Under the pieces are notes generated by a model. The model did not search any database. It saw nothing but the letters and a program-made list of their open reading frames with translations, and was not told the origin of the DNA. A program made the translations under genes and the position numbers. Below, piece after piece: positions 49,423-58,882 of a stretch of 64,000 nucleotides of DNA (positions are counted from its first letter, which is position 1; each line of letters starts with the position of its first letter). The stretch spans positions 256,001 to 320,000 of the forward strand of contig JBPOGI010000007.1 of assembly GCA_051251855.1 (NCBI GenBank), read 5' to 3'. The stretch comes from Roseibacillus sp. Lineage in GTDB: Bacteria > Verrucomicrobiota > Verrucomicrobiia > Verrucomicrobiales > Akkermansiaceae.

Positions 49423-50739
49423 GTGACTGGTCCCAAAAACGTTCTCATCATCGGCGGCGGATTCGCTGGCCTTGCCTGCGCCCAAAAGCTTGCTGACGAC
49501 CCTCGCTTCCAAGTCACTCTCATCGACAAAGAGAACCACCACCTCTTTCAGCCCCTTCTCTACCAAGTCGCCACCACTTCCCTTGCAGCCCCCGACATTG
49601 CCCGCTCCCTGCGCGCCATCCTCAGCAAAGCCGAAAACGTCAAAGTCCTTCTCGACACCATCACCCAAGTCGACCCCCTTGCCAAAATCGCCACCTCCGA
49701 AAAACGCAGCTATTCCTTCGACTACCTCGTCCTCGCCTGCGGAGCGCGCACCTCCTTCTTCGGTAAAGACGAATGGGCCCAGCACACCATCGGCCTCAAG
49801 TCCCTTGAAGACGCTCACCGCGTGCGAGCTCGCGTCCTTGGAGCCCTCGAAGAGGCCGAAATCACCGAAGACCTCGCCGAACGCCGCCGCCTCATGACCA
49901 TTCTGCTAGTTGGCGGTGGCCCCACCGGAGTTGAACTCGCAGGAGCCTTCTCCGACCTTGTGCGACGCGCCATGCGATCTGACTTTCGCAACATCGACCC
50001 CGCCGATCTCAACATCGTCCTCGTTCAGTCCGGCGACCGACTCCTCAAACCCTTCGACCCCCAACTCTCCGACTACGCCAAGTGCCGCCTGCAAGACCTC
50101 GGCGTCGAAGTCCTTCTCGGTCCTCGTGTCGATGACATCCAGCCCGGCCGCGCCCACCTCAATAAACCCTCTTCCTCTTCTCTCGTCTCCGAAGACGGCT
50201 GGATCGAAGCTGAAACCATCATCTGGTCCGCAGGCATCCAAGCAAATGACCTCACCAAACAGATCGGCGTCGAAACCGATCGCGGAGGCCGCATCGCCGT
50301 CGAACCCGACCTTTCCCTCCCCGGCCATCCCGACCTCTTTGCAGCCGGCGACATCATCGACCTCGTCGACAAAAACGGAGTCAAAGTCCCCGGCCTCTCC
50401 CCCGCCGCCGCCCAAGCCGGCAAGCACATCGCCAAACTCCTTAAAGAAGAAGCCCGCCTCGAGACCACCGACCACGCCCAGCGCAAAGTCTCCCTCCGCC
50501 CCAAGTTCGCCTATTGGGACAAAGGCACCATGGCCATCATCGGCAAAAACCAAGCCGTTATGCAAACCGAGAAGATTCGCATGAAAGGCTTCTTCGCCTG
50601 GATTGCCTGGCTCCTCATCCACGTCGCCTTCCTCGTCGGCTTCCGCTCCAAACTCTTCGTTCTCATGCAATGGGCCTACGCCTACCTCGTAGACAAACCC
50701 GGGGCCCGCGTCTTCGTCAACCGCGACAGCCGCGATTGA
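49423..50739 (+). CDS. ndh: Type II NAD(P)H:quinone oxidoreductase, copy 1 (QSGDR type), 438 aa
   Basis: GGGFAGL, FQPLLYQVAT, GGGPTGVELAG, WSAG, AAGD, DKGTMAIIG. Confidence 0.92.
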   Translation: MTGPKNVLIIGGGFAGLACAQKLADDPRFQVTLIDKENHHLFQPLLYQVATTSLAAPDIARSLRAILSKAENVKVLLDTITQVDPLAKIATSEKRSYSFDYLVLACGARTSFFGKDEWAQHTIGLKSLEDAHRVRARVLGALEEAEITEDLAERRRLMTILLVGGGPTGVELAGAFSDLVRRAMRSDFRNIDPADLNIVLVQSGDRLLKPFDPQLSDYAKCRLQDLGVEVLLGPRVDDIQPGRAHLNKPSSSSLVSEDGWIEAETIIWSAGIQANDLTKQIGVETDRGGRIAVEPDLSLPGHPDLFAAGDIIDLVDKNGVKVPGLSPAAAQAGKHIAKLLKEEARLETTDHAQRKVSLRPKFAYWDKGTMAIIGKNQAVMQTEKIRMKGFFAWIAWLLIHVAFLVGFRSKLFVLMQWAYAYLVDKPGARVFVNRDSRD

Positions 50740-50798
50740 AAGACCGCATCCACAACCTCACTGCTTTCTATTCTTCAAATATGAACTAGACTCCGCCT

Positions 50799-52115
50799 GT
50801 GCCTGGACCAAAGAACGTTCTTATTATCGGCGGCGGTTTCGCCGGTCTCTCCTGTGCCCAAAAGCTTGCCGATGACCCGCGCTTCCAAGTCACCCTCATC
50901 GACAAAGAGAACCACCACCTTTTTCAACCCCTCCTCTACCAAGTAGCCACTACCTCCCTCGCGGCTCCCGACATTGCCCGGTCCTTGCGCGGTATTCTTT
51001 CCAAAGCCGAAAACGTCAAAGTGCTCCTCGACACCATTATCAAAGTCGATGCCAGCAGCAAAGTCGCCACCTCAGCGGAACACGAATACCCCTTCGACTA
51101 TCTCGTCCTCGCCTGCGGAGCACGCACCTCTTTCTTCGGGAACGACGGCTGGGCCGAACACACCATCGGACTCAAGTCTCTCTCCGATGCCCTTCAAGTC
51201 CGCGCTCGTGTCCTCGAAGCCCTCGAACACGCCGAAATCACCAAAGACCTTGCCCAACGCCGCCGCCTCATGACCATCGTCTTGATTGGAGGAGGCCCCA
51301 CCGGAGTTGAGCTCGCAGGAGCCTTTTCTGACCTCGTACGCCGCGCCATTCGCGCTGACTTCCGAAACATCGATCCCGCGGACCTCAACATTGTTCTCGT
51401 AGAAGCTGGCAGCCGCCTGCTTGCCCCTTTCGACCCTCAACTCTCCGAATACGCCAAACACCGACTGCAAGACCTCGGCGTCGAGGTCCTCCTCGGACCC
51501 ACCGTCGATGACATCCAACCCGGTCGCGTCCACCTTAATAAAGAGACCTCCTCTTCCCTCGTCTCCGACGAAGGCTGGATCGAAGCCGAAACCATCATCT
51601 GGGCTGCGGGAGTGCAAGCCAACGACCTCACCAAACAAATCGGAATCGAAACTGATCGCGGCGGACGCATCGCCGTCGAACCCGACCTCTCCCTCCCCGG
51701 ACATCCCGACCTCTTTGCTGCCGGAGACATCATCAACCTGGTCGATAAGAACGGCCTCAAAGTTCCCGGACTCTCCCCCGCAGCCGCACAAGCCGGTAAA
51801 CATATCGCCAAGCTCCTCAAAGAAGAAGCTCGCCTCGAGACCACCGATCACGCCCAGCGCAAAGTCTCCCTCCGCCCCAAGTTTGCCTACTGGGACAAAG
51901 GCAACATGGCCATTATCGGAAAAAACCACGCCGTCATGCAAACAGAGAAGATTCGCATGAAGGGATTTTTCGCCTGGGTTGCCTGGCTCATGGTCCACGT
52001 CGTCTTCCTCGTCGGCTTCCGCTCCAAGCTCTTCGTCCTCCTGCAATGGGCTTACTCCTACCTCATCAACAAGCCCGGCGCACGCGTCTTCGTCCACCGC
52101 AAAGACAACGACTAA
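50799..52115 (+). CDS. ndh: Type II NADH:quinone oxidoreductase, copy 2 (EAGSR type), 438 aa
   Basis: Same motifs; about 59 substitutions versus copy 1 by hand count, no indels. Confidence 0.92.
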   Translation: MPGPKNVLIIGGGFAGLSCAQKLADDPRFQVTLIDKENHHLFQPLLYQVATTSLAAPDIARSLRGILSKAENVKVLLDTIIKVDASSKVATSAEHEYPFDYLVLACGARTSFFGNDGWAEHTIGLKSLSDALQVRARVLEALEHAEITKDLAQRRRLMTIVLIGGGPTGVELAGAFSDLVRRAIRADFRNIDPADLNIVLVEAGSRLLAPFDPQLSEYAKHRLQDLGVEVLLGPTVDDIQPGRVHLNKETSSSLVSDEGWIEAETIIWAAGVQANDLTKQIGIETDRGGRIAVEPDLSLPGHPDLFAAGDIINLVDKNGLKVPGLSPAAAQAGKHIAKLLKEEARLETTDHAQRKVSLRPKFAYWDKGNMAIIGKNHAVMQTEKIRMKGFFAWVAWLMVHVVFLVGFRSKLFVLLQWAYSYLINKPGARVFVHRKDND

Positions 52116-52137
52116 ACCTATCTCCCAACTCACGAGA

Positions 52138-54513
52138 ATGCATATTTCAACACCGCTTCTTCTCGCTCTCTCAATACTCTCCGGAAAAGCAGCGCCCCTC
52201 ACTCTCGCCTACGAACATCCCGCCGAAGAGTGGGCCGACGCCCTCCCCATCGGCAACGGCAGACTCGGCGCCATGGTCTACGGCGGACCTAACCTGGAGC
52301 GCTTGCAGCTCAACGAAGACACCCTTTGGAGCGGCAGCCCCCAGTCTTACGACAATCCCGAGGCCTACCAACACCTCGCCCCCGTGCGGCAACTTCTTGC
52401 CGACGAAAAGTATGCCGAAGCCGAAGAGCTGGCCGAAGAAATGATGGGCACTCCCATCTATCAGGCCGCTTACCAACCACTGGGCGACCTGCTCCTCAAT
52501 TTCCCCACCGGAGAAAAATCGAGCAACTATCGCCGCGAACTCGACTTAAAAACAGCGACCACCACCGTCTCCTATCAAATCGGAGATACCAACTTCAAGC
52601 GCACCATCTTCGCCTCCGCCCCCGACGACGCCATCGTCATTCAACTCGACTGCAATCGAGCAAACCGCCTGAACTTTGATGTCAGCCTCACCAGCCCACA
52701 CCCCACCACCTCCCGCGCTGAGGAAGACGGCAGCTTGCTCATCGAAGGTCAAGTCGCTCCCCGCCCCGAGCAATTCCAAAGCAGTTCCCGAGCCCTCATC
52801 GCCAACTGGGACGAGCCCGGAACCCAATTCGCCACCCGAATCAAAGTCTATGCCGAAGGAGGAACTTCAGTACGTGCTCAAGGACCTGTCACCACCTACC
52901 AAAACAAAATTTCCGTCAGAGACGCCGACTCCGTCACCATCGTGCTCTCTGCGGCCACCAGCTTCGTCAACGCCCAAGACGTCAGCGGCGACCCCGTAGC
53001 AAAACTCAACGACACCTTCACCGCGCTCGCAGACAAAGACTTCCCCGAACTCCAACAACGACACATCGAAGACTACCAAGCCCTCTTCAACCGCGTCTCT
53101 TTTCAACTGGGCGATGAGATTGCCGACACCCCTCTCATCAGCGACCTCCGCTCCGCCATTGCCGAAGAAGTGTTAGAAGACTCTTTCGCCGAACTCCTCT
53201 TTCAATACGGCCGCTACCTCATGATAGCCGGCTCCCGCCCCGGAACCCAACCGCTCAACCTACAGGGCATTTGGAACGCCGACGTGAGCCCCCCTTGGGC
53301 CAGCAAATACACCATCAACATCAATATCCAGATGAACTACTGGGTCGCCGAGGTCTGCAACCTCAGCGAATGCCACGAACCCTTCCTTCGCATGGCCTCC
53401 GAATTACAAAAACCCGGAGCCGCCACCGCCAAGACCCACTATCAAGCCCAAGGATGGATGACCCATCACAACACCGACCTCTGGCGCGGAACCGCCCCTG
53501 TTGACGGAGCCCATTGGGGCATGTGGCCCACCGGCGGCGCATGGCTTTGCCAGCATCTTTGGGAGCATTATCTCTACACTCAAGACGCCGACTTCCTCGC
53601 CGAAAGCTATCCCGTCATCAAAGGAGCCACCCAGTTCTTCCTTGATGTCCTCGTCGAAAACCAAGAAGGACTTCTCATCACCTCCCCGTCCCTCTCACCC
53701 GAACACAGCCACGGCGGAGGGACCGAGGACGGTCTCAGCGCCGATCGCTCCGGAGTATCTCATTGCGACGGACCCACCATGGACCTCCAACTTCTGCGTG
53801 ACCTCTTTGCCAACTGTATGCGAGCGAGCGAACTGTTAGATAGCGACGCTGAGTTTCGAGAAAAAGTCTCCAAGGCCCGCCAACGTTTGGCTCCCATGCA
53901 AATTGGTCGCCACGGTCAACTGCAAGAATGGCTCGTCGATTGGGACAACCCCGACAATCCCCACAGCCATGTCTCTCACCTTTACGGACTCTTCCCCAGC
54001 CCCCAACTCAATCCTCAAGACGAACCCGAACTCTTCCAAGCCGCCCGCACCTCCCTCATCCAACGCGGCCTCCGAGGAGGCTGGCCCGGGGCTTGGAGAA
54101 TTGCCTTATGGGCCCGCGCAGGCGACGGAGAGAAAGCACTCACCTCCATCAAAAACGTGGCCCAAGGCTTCGAAACCAACCTCTTCAACCATGGCCGCGT
54201 CTTCCAAATCGATGCCAACTTTGGACTCACCGCCGGAATCGCCGAAATGCTCCTCCAAAGCCACCTCACCCAAGAAGACGGCACCCAAATCATCCAACTC
54301 CTCCCCACCCTCCCCAGCGATTGGGCCAACGGCACCATCACCGGCCTGAGAGCAAGAGGCGGCTTCGAAGTCGATATCATCTGGAAGGACGGACAAGTCG
54401 CCAGCTACCAAGTTTCCAGCCAACAGGGAGGAAAGTGCCTCATCGTTGCCAACGGCAAAGAACACCCCCTCACACTCGTCCCCGGCGAAGCAAGCGCTTG
54501 GAAAAAAGAGTAG
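52138..54513 (+). CDS. Glycoside hydrolase family 95 (alpha-L-fucosidase-like), secreted
   Basis: ALPIGNGRLGAM, QLNEDTLWSG, FQYGRYL, NLQGIWN, SPEH, HVSHLYG, FQIDANFG. Confidence 0.93.
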   Translation: MHISTPLLLALSILSGKAAPLTLAYEHPAEEWADALPIGNGRLGAMVYGGPNLERLQLNEDTLWSGSPQSYDNPEAYQHLAPVRQLLADEKYAEAEELAEEMMGTPIYQAAYQPLGDLLLNFPTGEKSSNYRRELDLKTATTTVSYQIGDTNFKRTIFASAPDDAIVIQLDCNRANRLNFDVSLTSPHPTTSRAEEDGSLLIEGQVAPRPEQFQSSSRALIANWDEPGTQFATRIKVYAEGGTSVRAQGPVTTYQNKISVRDADSVTIVLSAATSFVNAQDVSGDPVAKLNDTFTALADKDFPELQQRHIEDYQALFNRVSFQLGDEIADTPLISDLRSAIAEEVLEDSFAELLFQYGRYLMIAGSRPGTQPLNLQGIWNADVSPPWASKYTININIQMNYWVAEVCNLSECHEPFLRMASELQKPGAATAKTHYQAQGWMTHHNTDLWRGTAPVDGAHWGMWPTGGAWLCQHLWEHYLYTQDADFLAESYPVIKGATQFFLDVLVENQEGLLITSPSLSPEHSHGGGTEDGLSADRSGVSHCDGPTMDLQLLRDLFANCMRASELLDSDAEFREKVSKARQRLAPMQIGRHGQLQEWLVDWDNPDNPHSHVSHLYGLFPSPQLNPQDEPELFQAARTSLIQRGLRGGWPGAWRIALWARAGDGEKALTSIKNVAQGFETNLFNHGRVFQIDANFGLTAGIAEMLLQSHLTQEDGTQIIQLLPTLPSDWANGTITGLRARGGFEVDIIWKDGQVASYQVSSQQGGKCLIVANGKEHPLTLVPGEASAWKKE

Positions 54514-54540
54514 TCAATTTTTTCACTCAAACGACTCCCT

Positions 54541-55656
54541 ATGCCCACCCCTCACCCATTCACTCCTGCTGAAATGAGGGCGCGACTCTCGGCCATTCGC
54601 AACCAAATGGCGACCCAAGGAATCGACGCTCTCGTCACCCGCAACCAGGCGAATGTCCGCTATGCCACCGGATTCCGTGGCGAACCCCACACCCTCCTTC
54701 TCACCGCAGAAACAGCAGTCCTCTACACCTCCTTCCGCACTCTCCCTTGGGCCCAACAACAAACGCAGCCCGTCCAATCCCAACTCGAACTCAGCACCTC
54801 GCCTTCCCCCATCGACGACATCGCAAAAAGAATCACCTCCGAAGCCACCAACGTAGGCGTTGACCTCACTCTCACCCATCCCCAGTTCCTCTCCTTCTCG
54901 GAAAAACTCCCGTCCAAAAGCCTCACTCCTTGCTCAGTCATCGAGCATACCCGCCGGTATAAGTCCCCCGCCGAAATCGAGCTCCTCATCCAGTCCCAAC
55001 TCATTAACGAAAGCATCTTCAACGCCGTCATCCCCCAAATCAAACCCGGCCTCACCGAGCGCACCGTCCAAGGCATCATCCTCACCGAAATCGGCCAACG
55101 AGAAGAAATCGACGGTTACTCCTTCGCCCCCATCGTCGCCGCCGGGGGCAACGCTTGGGAAATCCATCACCTTCCCGACCACACCCCCATCAAGGACAAC
55201 GATATCCTTCTCCTCGACCTCGGCGTCATCTATCAGGGCTACGCCTCCGACATGACTCGAACCATCTCCATCGGCAAAGCCAGCTCGCAGGAGCACGAAG
55301 TTTACGAAATTGTTAGAAAGGCCCAAGAAGCCGCCATCGCCCACCTCAAACCTCAGGCGCAGACCCACGACGTCGACCAAATAGCACGCGGAGTCATCAC
55401 CCAGGCCGGCCACGGAAAGAGCTTCACCCACGGACTCGGCCACAGCATCGGACTCGAAACCCACGACCCCGGCCTCAACCTCTCCCCTTCAACCCCCAAC
55501 GAAATCATCGCACCCGGCATGGCCTTCACCGTCGAACCCGGCATCTATCTCGAAAACGCTTTCGGCGTCCGCATCGAAGACGTCATCATCGCCACCCCGG
55601 AGGGTAACCTCAACATCACCCAACAGCCCAAAGACCTTCTCGAACTTCACTGCTAA
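54541..55656 (+). CDS. Xaa-Pro aminopeptidase/dipeptidase (M24B)
   Basis: LLDLG, GYASDMTRT, HGLGHSIG, TVEPGIY, GVRIED. Confidence 0.92.
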   Translation: MPTPHPFTPAEMRARLSAIRNQMATQGIDALVTRNQANVRYATGFRGEPHTLLLTAETAVLYTSFRTLPWAQQQTQPVQSQLELSTSPSPIDDIAKRITSEATNVGVDLTLTHPQFLSFSEKLPSKSLTPCSVIEHTRRYKSPAEIELLIQSQLINESIFNAVIPQIKPGLTERTVQGIILTEIGQREEIDGYSFAPIVAAGGNAWEIHHLPDHTPIKDNDILLLDLGVIYQGYASDMTRTISIGKASSQEHEVYEIVRKAQEAAIAHLKPQAQTHDVDQIARGVITQAGHGKSFTHGLGHSIGLETHDPGLNLSPSTPNEIIAPGMAFTVEPGIYLENAFGVRIEDVIIATPEGNLNITQQPKDLLELHC

Positions 55657-55665
55657 CTCCCAGCC

Positions 55666-56565
55666 ATGCTCCAAACATTCAATTCCAAAAACGAGAACCT
55701 CATCGTCTCCCTCAACGGCGACCTCGTTCCTCGCGAGCAAGCCGGAGTGAGCCCCTTCGATTCCTCCGTGCAAAACGGCGACGCCTGCTGGGAAGGACTG
55801 AGACTCTACAGCGGAAAAATATTCAAGCTCGACGAGCACCTCGACCGCCTCTTCAAAAGCGCCGAGATGCTGCGCTATCAAGGCCTACCCAGCCGCGAAG
55901 AAATCATCGAGGCCCTGCGCCAAACCCTTGCCGCCAACCAGATGCACGACGCGGTTCACATCCGCCTCACCCTTTCCCGCGGCCTCAAATACACCTCCGG
56001 ACTCGACCCTCGCATCAACACCCAAGGTTGCTCCCTTTTCATCCTCGCCGAACACAAAGCCCCCGTATACGGCACTTCCGGACTCTTCCTCCACACCGCC
56101 CAACAACGCCGTCCCTTCGCCAACGTTCTCGACCAACGCATCCACTCCTGCAACCAGCTCACCTCCATCTTGGCCAAACTCGAAGCCAACGACGCCGGAG
56201 CCGACGACGCCCTCATGTTAGACACCGACGACAACCTCGCCGAAACGAACGCCACCCATGTCTTTTTGGTCAAAGACAACATCGTCCTCACCTCCACCAC
56301 CAAAGCCTGCCCCACCGGCATTACCCGCGACACCGTCATCAAGCTCTGCCAAGACCACAACCTTGCCCTCGAAATTCGCGACATCCCCGAACCAGAAATC
56401 CACCAAGCAGACGAAGTCTTCTGCACCGGCACCATGGGCGAGATTGTCCCCGTCAACCGCATCGACGCCACCGTCTTTAATCAAGGAAAAACCGGCCCCA
56501 TCACCACCCACCTCGCCCAACTCTTCCGTCAACTCACCGAAAGCACCGGCTACCCCATTGTGTAA
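55666..56565 (+). CDS. Class IV aminotransferase-fold protein (IlvE/Dat-like); catalytic Lys apparently replaced by His
   Basis: GDACWEGLR, HLDRL, GITR, ADEVFCTGT; IHSCNQ at the usual IKSxNY position. Confidence 0.85.
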   Translation: MLQTFNSKNENLIVSLNGDLVPREQAGVSPFDSSVQNGDACWEGLRLYSGKIFKLDEHLDRLFKSAEMLRYQGLPSREEIIEALRQTLAANQMHDAVHIRLTLSRGLKYTSGLDPRINTQGCSLFILAEHKAPVYGTSGLFLHTAQQRRPFANVLDQRIHSCNQLTSILAKLEANDAGADDALMLDTDDNLAETNATHVFLVKDNIVLTSTTKACPTGITRDTVIKLCQDHNLALEIRDIPEPEIHQADEVFCTGTMGEIVPVNRIDATVFNQGKTGPITTHLAQLFRQLTESTGYPIV

Positions 56566-56635
56566 ACTTGTCCTCCGCAACAATTCACTCCAAAGTAGCC
56601 AAAGACATCTCTAGCCCTTCGAGCCTCCCTCACCG

Positions 56636-57223
56636 GTGAACATTCCCACCTACATCACCATCTTTCGCCTCTTGTGCATCCCGTTCTTCGTAACGGTCGC
56701 CATTTACTATAGTTTCAGTATCAAAGATGGCTCAGGCAACGAAGCCCTCCGCTGGGCAGCGGTCATCATCTTCATCGTCGCCGCAGTCTCCGACGCCCTC
56801 GACGGCTACCTCGCCCGCAAGCTCAATCAATTTTCCAAACTCGGAGCCTTTCTCGATCCCCTTGCCGACAAGTGCCTTCTCCTCTTCGCCCTTACCACCC
56901 TTGCCGTTTTTCCGTGGGGCCCCGAGGGCTGGCGACTCCCGGTCTGGTTCATCGTCCTCGTCGTCACCCGCGACATCATCATCGTGGGCGGCCTCTGGAT
57001 TCTCCACCACTATCAAACCGGCGTTAAAATCATCCCGCACTGGTCGGGCAAAGTCTGCACCGTCACCCAGATGATCGCCCTCGGCTGGGTCATGCTCAAG
57101 TGGGTTCCCTTCTCCCCGATTTACCCCGCCATCCTCGCCTCCATTTTCACCGTCTGGTCGGGCGTCTCCTACTTTCAACTCGGACTCACCCTCATTCGTA
57201 AATCTCCTGCCGCCCATGAATAA
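56636..57223 (+). CDS. CDP-alcohol phosphatidyltransferase (PgsA/Cls-like)
   Basis: DALDGYLAR...GAFLDPLADK signature. Confidence 0.9.
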   Translation: MNIPTYITIFRLLCIPFFVTVAIYYSFSIKDGSGNEALRWAAVIIFIVAAVSDALDGYLARKLNQFSKLGAFLDPLADKCLLLFALTTLAVFPWGPEGWRLPVWFIVLVVTRDIIIVGGLWILHHYQTGVKIIPHWSGKVCTVTQMIALGWVMLKWVPFSPIYPAILASIFTVWSGVSYFQLGLTLIRKSPAAHE

Positions 57224-58649
57224 AACTCTTTACTTCATCGCCTTGTTCTTCGGAACTCCGCTTCTCCTCGCCGAACCCTTGGAACGCTTCCTCGCCGACC
57301 CCGCCCTCAAAACAGCCTCCGTCGGCTTCGCCATGATTCCCTTGGAAGAGCCAAAAACCGAAGCAGCCACGAAAGTGACCGAAGACGACGAAGCGACCGA
57401 AGAAAGCGAAGCCAAAGAGCCCACCCCCTCTCTCCTCCACAACCCCGATCTCGCCCTCACCCCCGCCTCCGTTCAAAAAGCGATCACCACCGCCACCGCT
57501 CTCCAAATCCTCGGGCCCGACTACAAATTCCAAACCCGTCTCTATCGCGACGGTGATAACCTCATCATCAAAGGCGGCGGCGATCCGCTCCTCGCCTCCA
57601 CCAGCCTCAACGTCGAATTCCCCACCTGGCACAAAGCCCTCCTCGCCGCCGACCTCAGCGAAATCACCGGCACCCTCATCGCCGACCCTTCCCGCTTCGA
57701 AGACCGCAGCACCCCTAACCAATGGCTCTGGGGCGATATCGGCAACTACTACGGCGCCGGACCCTGCGGCCTCAACTTCCACAAAAATAGCTACCAGATC
57801 ACCTTCAAGCCCGGCAACTCAGGCTCCCCCGCCCGCCTCGTCTCCACCTACCCCAAGCCCCCCGGCGTCACCTTCGAGAACCACATGCGCACCGGCTCCT
57901 CCAGCAGCGGCGACCAAGGTTACGCCTACGTCGGCCCCCGCCGCAAACTCATCACCCTCCGCGGCTCCGTCCCAGCGGGAGGCAACTTCACCATCAAAGG
58001 CGCCCTCCCCGACCCACCCCTCTCCTGCCTCACCGCCTTCCAATCCTACCTCAAAAAGAACGACTTCTCCGTCGCCAAAATCAAGGTGCAACGCGGCACC
58101 ACCACCAAAGAAGAACACCTCCTCCACACCACCAAAAGCCCCGCCCTGTCCAAACTCATCATCTCCACCAACCAAAAGAGCATCAACCTCAATGCCGAAT
58201 GCCTCTTCAAAGCCCTCACCCCGCAAGGCACCACCCTCGCCGCCCAAAAGAAACTCGTTTCCCACTGGAAAGAACAAGGCGTTAATCTCAATGGATTCAT
58301 CGCCCACGACGGCTCCGGCCTCTCCCCCCAAAACACCCTCACCGCCCGCCAAACCGCCCACATTCTCAAACTCGTCGCACACTCCGAACACGCGCCCATC
58401 TTCCGCACCTCACTCCCCGTCGCCGGTCGCAGTGGCACCATGCGTTACTTCGGCAGCGGCACCTCCGCCGAAGGACGCGTCATCGCCAAATCCGGTTCCA
58501 TGGAACGCGTCCGCGCCTGGGCCGGCTACCTCGTCACCAAATCCGGCGACAAATACGCCTTCGCCCTCCTCATCAACCACTACAACGGCACCGACAAAGC
58601 CATCCGCAACGCCTCCGCCCGCCTCCTCGCCGCCCTTTGCGCTCAGTAA
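57216..58649 (+). CDS. dacB: D-Ala-D-Ala carboxypeptidase/endopeptidase (PBP4, S13)
   Basis: PASVQK (SxxK), SIN (SxN), DGSGLS, LPVAGRSGT, KSG. Confidence 0.92.
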   Translation: MNKTLYFIALFFGTPLLLAEPLERFLADPALKTASVGFAMIPLEEPKTEAATKVTEDDEATEESEAKEPTPSLLHNPDLALTPASVQKAITTATALQILGPDYKFQTRLYRDGDNLIIKGGGDPLLASTSLNVEFPTWHKALLAADLSEITGTLIADPSRFEDRSTPNQWLWGDIGNYYGAGPCGLNFHKNSYQITFKPGNSGSPARLVSTYPKPPGVTFENHMRTGSSSSGDQGYAYVGPRRKLITLRGSVPAGGNFTIKGALPDPPLSCLTAFQSYLKKNDFSVAKIKVQRGTTTKEEHLLHTTKSPALSKLIISTNQKSINLNAECLFKALTPQGTTLAAQKKLVSHWKEQGVNLNGFIAHDGSGLSPQNTLTARQTAHILKLVAHSEHAPIFRTSLPVAGRSGTMRYFGSGTSAEGRVIAKSGSMERVRAWAGYLVTKSGDKYAFALLINHYNGTDKAIRNASARLLAALCAQ

Positions 58650-58882
58650 GACGGCCACTTTCCATATCACACAATCGTGAAATAAGGCCCGCACTCACCC
58701 TCCTTATTTTAAAAAACGCCCTTTTTGAATAATAAGGAACCTCTTGCACCACTCTCGTAGACCGTCAATTTTCCTGAGAACCAGCGCCTCAGCGGAAAGA
58801 TTGCCATCTGTCAGAAAGCAAGATCTTGCTCACCCTCTCCCAGTCCTTGCCCAATCCCGTTGACCTGACATTCTCTTTCAGA

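Noticed and set aside
58650..58882. tRNA or att site at the left edge of the R-M locus
   Set aside because: No cloverleaf, direct repeat or integrase is visible.
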